DNA from: Fonticula alba ATCC 38817
Taxonomy: Eukaryota > Protista > Nucleariida
DNA: 30,939 bases
Reading direction: 5' to 3' (one strand)
NCBI GenBank assembly: GCA_000388065.2
Contig: KB932210.1
Below the pieces are notes generated by a model that saw only the letters and a list, made by a program, of their open reading frames with translations, ran no database searches and had not been told where the DNA came from. Positions 9,501 to 17,996 of the stretch are shown here, piece after piece. The first letter of the stretch is position 1, and each line of letters opens with the position of its first letter. Position numbers and translations under genes: made by a program.

Positions 9501-12460
9501 AATGACATCCGGAATGCGCAGCGCCACGATCTCCGGGCCCCGGGCCAGGAGCTCCCGCACCAGGTCCAGGAACGAGTCGGCCAGCAGGATGTCACCGGTG
9601 ACACGCGTGCGCACCGCCTGCTCGGCCTGGCGCTGGGCCTCGATGGCCTCGAGCTCGGCCTTGGAAGGCCCGGCCCCGGCGCCCGGGCGCCGAGCCCCCC
9701 CGGCCGGGGCCCGGGCCGACCCGCCGCTCGGGCCCGACCCCTCCACCGGGGCCGGCGCCCGGAACAGCTGCCCCACCGGGGTCCGGTAGATGCCCAGGTC
9801 CTCCGGGGTCAGGGTCTCCGCCAGCCGCGGCAGCCCATCGGCAAAGACCAGCACCGCGTCCAGCGTGTCGGCCGGGCACAGCAGCGCCAGCTCGGCCAGC
9901 GCCTCATGCACCGAGGCACGCAGGTCCGCCTCCGGGCTGGCCAGACGCTCCGGGCTCAGCAGCCGGGCCACGATGGCCGGCAGGGCGGCCGCCGCCAGGG
10001 CCTCCGGCCCGGCCGCCACCTCGTCCCCGGCCCCGGCACCGGCACCGAGGTGCTTCAGCAGCCGGGTCCAGAAGCGCCGGCGCGGCTCGCCGGCCGCCAT
10101 CACCCGCGGATGGTGCGCCAGGTCGCACGACCGGTCCGCAAAGTGCACCAGCCCCGGGAGCCCGGCCTCGGCGCGGGCCGCCAGCCGGGCCACCTGCGCC
10201 AGCAGGGCCGCCCCGCCATGGACCGTCACCTCGCCGGACTCCACCAGGGCACGGAGGCTGGCCAGCAGGGCCCCGGCATGGGCCGGCCCGGGCAGGGCCG
10301 CCAGGCCCCCGGCGCGCAGAGCCCGCCGGGCCTCCGCCGGCCCGGCCACCGCCACACGCACAAACGAGTCGCACAGATGCCCGGCCACCTCGGCCGACAG
10401 GGGGGAGGGGCCCCCCTCCTGGCCGGTGGCCAGCAGCCGCACCACCACCTCCAGCAGGGTGGTGGCCTGCGAGCCGGTCAGCCGATCCAGCATGCGCGTC
10501 GACAGCAGCGGCGCCGTGGCCTTCGACGAGCAGGTCAGCAGCAGCTCCGGATGCCGGGCCACCAGCGGCTCCAGCAAGTCCACCGGGGCCAGGGCCGCCA
10601 GCCGAGCCAGCAGCAGGAACTCCCCGGGCCCGGCGGCACCGGCGATGGCGGCCGCAGCCGCCTCCGGCAGCAGGTCCCCCAGCCGCGGCAGAAGCCCCTC
10701 GGCCAGGGCCGGCCCCAGCATGCCGGAGGACCCGGCCACCGCATGGGCCAGGGCCACCAGGGCCGGCTCGCGCCCGGTCGACTTGCTCCCCTTGAGGGCC
10801 GTCTGGCAGGCGGTCACAAACCCCGGCAACAGATCCGACCCCAGGAGCCCCTGCAGGCGCCCGGCCACATGCAGCAGCCCGGCCACCATGGCCTCATTGC
10901 GCTCCTTCTCCAGGAGCCCCAGCACGTCGGTCAGCAGGCCGCGCGCCAGGGCCGCCGGCTGCTCGCTGCCCGAGGACAGGGCCTCCGGCACCAGGGCCTC
11001 CATGGCCTCCAGGGCCGCCTGCCGATGCTGCACCGAGGTCAGCTTGTCGGCCCCGGCGCCGGTCAGCATGGCCAGCAGGGTGGCGGCCAGGCCGAGCGGC
11101 CGGTCGGCCGCCGCCCACCGGGCCAGCGTCCGCATCAGCTGCAGGCCCAGCTGCCGGGCGTTGGCGCTGCTGGACCGGACGGTCGACAGCAGGGCGCCCT
11201 GGCCCTGGGTGCTGAGCAGCAGCCCGGCCTCCACACCGGCGTGCATGAACACCAGGCTGACAACTGCCGGCGCCGGGCCAGGCAGAGTCGCGAGCGCGGC
11301 AGGACGACACGCACACGCACACACGCACACGCACACGCACACGCACACACGCACACACGCACATCCCCGCCGGCGGAGCGAGGGCCGGCCAGGGTGACGC
11401 GGTGGCAAGCCACAACCGCGCAGGGGCCACACGCGAAATCGACGCCAAAGCCACAGGGTCAGGGACACACCACGCGTGCGATGAGCGGGCAGGGCAAAAT
11501 GCAGGAGGCCCATATGCCGGCCGGCCTGGTGGCCGGGCGGCTGGCCGAACACGTACCGTTGGCCACGGGCTCCACCGTGCGGTAGAGGGCCATGCCGAGC
11601 GGCGCGGCCAGGGCCTCGGCGCGCGCCTCATCCACCAGGGCAAAGAGCGGGACAAACGGCCGGACCAGGTAGTCCGGCAGGGCCACACGCGTGGCCAGCG
11701 TGTGCTTGGCAAACACCTGCATCAGCAGCTTGTCGATGAGGGCCGTGCGAGCCGCGGCCGCGGCCTCATCCTTGGGCGGCTGCCCGGCGCACAGGACTCG
11801 GAAGGCCTCGCCGGCCAGGGCGGCCGACACGGCGCTCCCCGGCGACGCGGCGCCCAGGCGGACCACCGCGTCGGCCAGCGCCGGCACCAGGGCCGTGGCA
11901 GACGGCGCCGCCGCCAGCGGGGCCGCCATCAGCCGGAAGGCACGCCGCGCCGCCGCCAAACCATCGGACGCCAGCAGCTCGCCGTGCACCTTGGCCTGCA
12001 GCGCCAGCAGGGCACTCAGGGAGGCCGCGCCCTCGGCCGACGCCAGGAAGGCCGGCACCCAGCCGAGCGGCGCCGCCAGCCAACGGACCAGCAGGAGGAC
12101 CTGCCGCGCGCTGACCGTGCTGTGGCGCCAAATGCACCGGCGCACCGGGAAGGGCGGAGCGGAAAAGCCGGAAGGGGGAGGCACGGCCACAGCGAGCGTT
12201 GTCAGTGTCAGATGGACAAGGCCGAGCGCGGGAATCGAGGCAACACATGCGCAGGAGGCCCCCCACGCACCCGGGCTTGAAGGGGCCGTTGAAGAGGCGC
12301 GGCAGGAAGGCAACCAGCAGGTCCACATTGGCCGTGGGGTTGATCAGCACCAGCTCCTTGACCGTGCCCAGCAGGGCATTCTGCGACCGGCGATCCGCGT
12401 AATCCGCCAGCACCGAGGCCAGCAGGCTCAGCAGGGCATTGGCCACGCGCCCGGTGGGCT
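3573..12460 (-). CDS. GCN1: GCN1, HEAT-repeat activator of the eIF2-alpha kinase GCN2; 5' end incomplete
   Basis: Typical GCN1 segments: FDPYLVKLLPVML, LQDRQWRTRASAAELLGLLA, ITNPEMQSLAPLLLPALADP, VERSGAANGLAEVL, SPLPHVRDGYMNLLVYLP, LADESEMVRETAMRAG, GLFNENWRIRQSSVTLLG. Exons: 12460-12271, 12119-11557, 11263-3573. Introns 12120-12270 (GTGCGT..CAG) and 11264-11556 (GTACGT..CAG) keep the frame. About 2800 codons are visible; the first exon(s) lie in or past the N gap. Confidence 0.96.
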
Positions 12461-12492
12461 CTGCTCGCCGGACGAAGGAGGGGGGGGGGGGG

Positions 12493-12803
12493 NNNNNNNN
12501 NNNNNNNNNNNNNNNNNNNNNNNNNNNNNNNNNNNNNNNNNNNNNNNNNNNNNNNNNNNNNNNNNNNNNNNNNNNNNNNNNNNNNNNNNNNNNNNNNNNN
12601 NNNNNNNNNNNNNNNNNNNNNNNNNNNNNNNNNNNNNNNNNNNNNNNNNNNNNNNNNNNNNNNNNNNNNNNNNNNNNNNNNNNNNNNNNNNNNNNNNNNN
12701 NNNNNNNNNNNNNNNNNNNNNNNNNNNNNNNNNNNNNNNNNNNNNNNNNNNNNNNNNNNNNNNNNNNNNNNNNNNNNNNNNNNNNNNNNNNNNNNNNNNN
12801 NNN
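12493..12803. other. Assembly gap (311 N)
   Basis: Run of N, directly preceded by a poly-G tract. Confidence 1.
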
Positions 12804-13040
12804 TGCGGCAGGGGAGGGGGGTGGGAGCGATGCTATCGGCAGCCAAAAAGAAAAAAGGGGAGGAAGAGGGGGGGGGGGGAAGAGGGTGGAACAAGAGAGA
12901 GAGAGGGAGTGGCTGCGGATGGCGCTTGCCCCGGGGCGCCGTCGGCGGCACGCATCGCCGCCTGGCCGGCCCATGAGTCGCCGCGTTCCGGTGCCGGTGG
13001 AGGGGCCCGGCTGGCCGTGTGTGCCCGGCAGCGGACCGGC

Positions 13041-13141
13041 CCGGTGGCTGGGCATGTTGCCCCGGCGACGCCTTGTCACTGGTCCTGCGCGGGGCCCGGC
13101 CGGCGCCCACCACACGCCCGGGCAACATGCCCAGCCACCGG
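13041..13141. repeat. 22-bp perfect inverted repeat with 57-nt spacer
   Basis: ccggtggctgggcatgttgccc (13041-13062) is the exact reverse complement of gggcaacatgcccagccaccgg (13120-13141). Four more pairs form inward after one C-C mismatch. Confidence 0.92.
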
Positions 13142-13276
13142 CCAGATCGCCCCCGCCCCCGGCCCCGCCCCCCCGCCCCCCCGCCCGCCGGTCGTGACGC
13201 AAGACAACGCGCCATCCACACGACAGACCAGGCTCTGCTGTCTCCAGGCTCCCCCCGGAGGGGTCCGCCCGCCCCG

Positions 13277-13311
13277 CCCGGCACCCGGCACCCGGCACCC
13301 GGCGCCCGGCC
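13277..13311. repeat. 7-bp tandem repeat (cccggca) x5, last two copies variant
   Basis: cccggca cccggca cccggca cccggcg cccggcc. Confidence 0.85.
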
Positions 13312-13487
13312 CCGCGCTAGCCCCAAATGCCAGGCCCCGGGCCGGGTGGAGGCAGCAACGGGGCCCGCATGCGCGCGCCCGGAGGCCCGCCGAGTAGACG
13401 GCCAGCGACGCCGGCGCGTGGGCGCGCGCGACGGCACCTGCACATGCCACCGAACAGGGAGGCCCCAAATGGCATTATATTCTGGTT

Positions 13488-14056
13488 CTACGGAGGGGCC
13501 GTGCGGCGGAAGGAGACCACGCGCGATCGGAACCGGCCGCCGCCCTGGCCCGGGCCAAACCCATCGAACCGGGACACCTGCAGCGGGGCCAGGCCTGCCA
13601 GCTCCACCGCCCGGTATCCCTCCAGCATGAAGGCCGGCTGGCCGGGGTCAGCCGGCGCGGCGGCGGCGGCGGCCACCGCCGGATCGGCCTCGCGCGCGCC
13701 CCAGGTGGCCCAGGGCTGGCCGCTGGCTCCGAAGTCCCGCTCCCCGAGGAGGAGGTATTCGTCGGCGCCACCGCGCCGGGCCGCCTCGATCCAGTCGGCC
13801 CCCTGCGACAGCCAGCTTGCCAGGACAACCAGCGCCGGGGGCTGCCCGGTGGTCGGCGCGTCGCCGAAGGCCCGCGCGCGCCACCGGGCCCCGGTCACCA
13901 GGTCGATGGCCGCCGAGGCGTCCAGCGGCAGGACCTCCACCGGGAAGGTGCCCAGGCCGGCGGGCTGGGGGTCGGTGGCCACGATGCGAATGTCCGGGCC
14001 ATGCAGGCACTGTCTCCAGAGGCGCATTGTGGAGAAGATCGCATGTGTGGGTGTGT

Positions 14057-14103
<47 letters not shown>

Positions 14104-16173
14104 TGCGTGTGCGTGTGCGTGTGCGTGTGTGCGTGTGCGTGTGTGCGTGTGCGTGTGCGTGTGTGCGTGTGCGTGTGTGCGTGTGTGCGTGTGTGCGTGT
14201 GTGCGTGTGTGCGTGTGTGCGTGTGCGTGTGGATGTGGGTGTGTGTGCGTGTGTGCGTGTGTGGCCACATCCGTGTTTATGCCCGTGTTCAGGCCCGCCG
14301 TGCCCGTGTGTTCACGGCCGTCGTGTCCACCATGCCCGCAGTCAAGCCCACAGTCATGTTTACGGTCATACCCACAGTCGTGTTTACGGTCATGTCCACG
14401 GACACACCCCCATGTTCAAAACCACAGCCCGTATGTGTGTGAGGAAGGGAACAAAATAAGGGGGAAAAGGCCAAGCAGGCACGCGAAGTGCCCCGCGCCC
14501 CGCGCATCGCGACAGAGGCACGCGCACCGAAGACAGGTAGTGACTGAGGCGCCCATCGGCCGCGCCGAGCTCCAGCAGGACGACCGCCCGGCCACCGGGG
14601 CCCGGCCCGCGCAGGCCCGCCACCCGCTCGCCCAGATAGAAGCACAGGCCGGCCAGGAACTCCGCCGACACAAGCTCGCACGGGGCCCGGGCCAGGGGCA
14701 GGGCCTCCCCGGCCGACGGACCACCCCCGGCCGACGGACCACCCCCGGCCGACGGAGCACCCCCGGCCGACGGACCACCCCCGGCCGACGGACCATCCCC
14801 GAGCGCCGGCAGGAAGGCCGTCGTGACAAAGAGCCAGCCGAAGGGCGGGGCCTCCGGGGCCAGCATCGCGCCGAGCAGGCGCTCGGCCAGCAGGCCCCCA
14901 TCGGCGAGAGCCGCACGCGGCAAGGCAAAGGACGGCTGCCACGCTCCCCCCCACCGGGCGCCGGTCAGTGGCCAGTATTAAAAACAACGAGTCACACATG
15001 AGGCACGCCAGGACACATGCCACCCGGAGAATGCACCGGCCCAAGCCCTGCCAACGCGCCCGGGACATACCTCGGTGTAGTGCCGCTCGTCGAAGAGCAG
15101 CCGCCCCGGCCCGGGGTCGGCCCGGGCCAGGTGCGGGAAGGCAGCCAGCAGGTCGCCCAGCCCCGGCGGCGGGAGCCCGCTCCCGCAGCACGCCTGCCCG
15201 AAAAGGCAGCACAGGGCCCGCCGGGCGGCCGGATGCAAGCCCGGCGCCGGCCGCTCCCGGCCCAGCCCCCGCAGCAGGTCCGCCAGGGAAACCCGCGGCA
15301 ACCGCGGCAACCGCGCCAAGTGCATCGACAGGAAGCCCCGGTACCGGGCCGGCGTCACGGCACCGAGCCCCGGCCCGGCCGCGGCGGCCCACGCCCCCGA
15401 GTGACGCTGCCGTCCCCCGGAGAAGAGAAAGGTCAGTCACCCGCCGGAAGACCGGCCGATGGCCCGGCGAAAGACAATGGCCCGCCATGACGCACGCTCC
15501 ACGACCCCGGGCCCGGCTGCCGGGCCTGCAACTCCCACATGGCCCAGTACATGTCGACCAGGGGCCCCGGCGCGCTGGCCAGCCATCGCGATGCCCACTG
15601 GGCGTCGTGCGTGTGGCTGTCCGCGGCCCCGGGCGGCGTGTCCAGCGCCCGGTTCGCCGGCGCCAGCCGACACACCTGGGGCTCGGGGCCCGGCCAGGCC
15701 GGCCGGCACACGGCCCCCGCGGCGCCCCGGCCCGTGGCCCGGCCATGCCCATGCTCGCTGACCACGGCCGGGCGGCCGGCCAGCGCATCCACCTGCCGCG
15801 CGTACAGGGCCCACAGCTGCATGGCCGATCGCTCGAGCAGCCCGGCCACCGGGCCGGTGAAGATCGACCCGCCGGAAGGCCCCGGCGCCAGGGCCGCGGC
15901 CAGCCCGACCGCCACATCCTCAAGGCCGAGCGGCTCCCCCGACCCCCGGCGCCGGTCCAGCTCGGCCAGCCGCGCAAACGTCGGCACGACCTCCTCCTCG
16001 AACCACCGGGCCCCGGGGTCCGGCCGGCTCGGGGCCGCCGCCGCCGCCGGCCCGGCCGCCGGCAGCACATGCAGCAGCAGCCCAGCCGCCAGCAGCATTT
16101 GCAGTAGCAGCCCAGCCGCCAGCAGCCCATGCAACAGCAGCCCGGCCACCAGAGTCACCACCCGTCGGGGCAT
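13488..16173 (-). CDS. Class I SAM-dependent methyltransferase-like protein, ~647 aa, with N-terminal hydrophobic signal/anchor
   Basis: Exons 16173-15496, 15406-15071, 14935-14528, 14009-13488, joined by three phase-0 introns (GTGCGT, GTATGT, GTGCGC donors; CAG acceptors). Motif I-like [16 protein letters not shown], post-I IRIVATD, then [13 protein letters not shown] and [11 protein letters not shown]. Joining exon 1 to the rest depends on the predicted 89-nt intron 15407-15495. Confidence 0.75.
14043..14262. repeat. Compound (GT)n/(GTGC)n microsatellite, ~220 bp, intronic
   Basis: Directly visible inside predicted intron 14010-14527. Confidence 0.95.
14707..14796. repeat. 18-bp coding tandem repeat x5 (GPSAGG)
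   Basis: Unit ccccggccgacggaccac, in frame in methyltransferase exon 3. Confidence 0.92.
16051..16140. repeat. 30-bp coding tandem repeat x3 forming the hydrophobic N-terminus
   Basis: Units at 16051, 16081 and 16111 encode [10 protein letters not shown] / [10 protein letters not shown] / [10 protein letters not shown] on the - strand. Confidence 0.9.
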
Positions 16174-16195
16174 GTGGGGGCAGGAGCGCGCGCAC

Positions 16196-16200
<5 letters not shown>

Positions 16201-16245
<45 letters not shown>

Positions 16246-16310
16246 ACGAGGGGGAGAGAAAGAGGCAGAGAACGAGGGGGAGAGAGAGAGAGAGGCAGAG
16301 AACGAGGGAG
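16201..16310. repeat. (AG)18 plus three copies of ggcagagaacgaggg
   Basis: AG run at 16201-16236; motif copies near 16238, 16264 and 16294, just upstream of the methyltransferase ATG. Confidence 0.88.
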
Positions 16311-16566
16311 ACAAGGAAGAGAGGGCACGCATTCGGAGATGCCCGGACCGCGATGCGGCCCGGTCCGGCCCGCATTTGATCGCCACACACACCGTGAAAA
16401 AAGCCGCCAGCCACACACACGCACATACGTCCCAACGCACGGGCCCCCGCACTGGGCCCACAATCGCCGCGCCATGCCAGGCCCCCCGCACCCCGCACCC
16501 CGCCGGCGCATAGAAAGGCCCAACACCGAAGAGGCCGGTCTATTCCAAAAAGACACCATGGCGGCC

Positions 16567-17959
16567 TCACCGGCGCCACGGCAGCGGCCCGGGGGCCAGG
16601 TGCCCGCGCAGGGCCAGGCCCGGGCCCGGCCGCAGCCAGCCCGGCCGGTCGGCCTCCGGGCACAGCTCCTCCGCCCGGATGAAGTGCAGCCCCTGGGCCT
16701 CGATGGCCTCGGCGTCACCGGCCCGGAGGAGCTCGACGAAACGCCCGGCCGAGAGGCCGGCCTCGGCCGGGTCCACCCCGGCCGCCAGGGCCATGGTGAT
16801 GTGCGGCGCCCGGGATGACGGCTCCGGGCCCGGGCCCGAGTGCCGCCAGCACCGCTGCAGCGGCTCCGGCAGCCGCACCACAAAGCAGCATGTCCGCCGG
16901 TCGGTCAGCAGCCCGACCACCGTGAAGTCCACCCGGACCGGCTGCCAGGCCTGGCCCCGGTCGGCCGGCGCCCCGGGCCCCGCCGCGCACCACTCCTCCA
17001 GGGCTTGGAGCACGCGGAAGGCACGGCTGCCGGCCTCCGGCACCCGGCCCTTGAGAAAGGCCAGCGTCACATGCAGGTCGGTCTTGTCCACGGCCAGGCG
17101 CCCGGCCGGGTCCAGCGCGCCCCGGTGCCGGGCAAAGAGCCCCGACAGCAGCCCCATGGCTCGGTGGTCGGGCAGGATCTGCACGAAGACCGGCAGGTCC
17201 GCCCGCGCCAGTCGCCCCGGGCCCTGCTCCCGGTAGTACCGCTGCATGTACCGGGCCACGGCCGGGAAGGCCCCGGCCCCAGGGTCGGGCCCCCGGGCCG
17301 GGCCAGCCGCCGGCAGCACCGGCCCCACCGCCCGGCGGAGGAGCCCGCCATCCGGCGCCGCCCCCGGCCGCAGGCCCACATCCGGCCCGACACACCGGGC
17401 CAGGTCGGCCAGCAGCCGGCCCAGGGTGCGCTCCAGCGCCGCGCCCCCGGACCCAGCCCCATAGTCCACATCCAGCACATGGTCAAAGAGCAGGGCATCC
17501 GCATTGGCCTGGCGGACCTCCCGCAGGAGGACCCCCGCCGGCCGCCGGCCCCCGTCAGGGCCCCGGTGGTCGAGCCCCGGCCCGGCCGGCTGCACGAACT
17601 CCTCGAAAAACCGCCGGACGATGTCCTCCCGCTGCCGGCCGTCCAGCGAGTCGAGGCTGCGGTTTTCCGGGTCCACCCGCGGGCCAATGCGCGCCAGGGC
17701 CAGCGCCAGCAGCGGCGCGGCCGGCCCCGGCTCCGAGTCCTCCGACCCCGGCGGCAGCAGCAGCAGCGCGGGCCCGGGCCGGACAAGGACCGCCCGCCAC
17801 GGCCGGCCCAGCCCGGCAGTCATGTGCAGCACCGGCTCCAGCCGGTGGAAGGGCGTCTGGTTATTGCGATCCACGATGACTGCCAGCCCCCCGCCGGCGG
17901 GCCAGGCGCCGCCCGCGCAGCCCAATCCCCGGGCACCGAGACAAGGGCCGTCAGCGACA

Positions 17960-17996
<37 letters not shown>

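Noticed and set aside
11264-11552. N-terminus of the 2659-aa ORF (MFGQPPG...VCVCVC)
   Set aside because: Intron sequence read in frame (microsatellite-encoded VC repeats). The real GCN1 continues from upstream exons.
3189-11585. Very long + strand ORFs (3189-8627, 1812 aa; 8850-11585, 911 aa)
   Set aside because: Antisense shadows of GCN1. Strong GC3 bias removes stops, and the translations are Gly/Arg/Gln/His-rich with no domain motifs.
13050-13131. p53-like half-sites (GGGCATGTTG) in the inverted-repeat arms
   Set aside because: 9/10 match only, and the half-sites are far apart rather than adjacent; no evidence of a p53-family factor.
11691-13443. ORFs spanning the N run
   Set aside because: Artefacts of translating N as X. 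Only 12460-12271 is a supported exon.
13648-14459. His/Thr- or Val/Cys-repeat 'proteins' (THTHTH, VCVCVC)
   Set aside because: Translations of intronic CA/GT microsatellites, not metal-binding proteins.
15407-15440. Possible 34-nt micro-intron (GTGACT..CAG)
   Set aside because: It does not restore the frame of the next exon; the 89-nt intron from GTGCGT at 15495 does.
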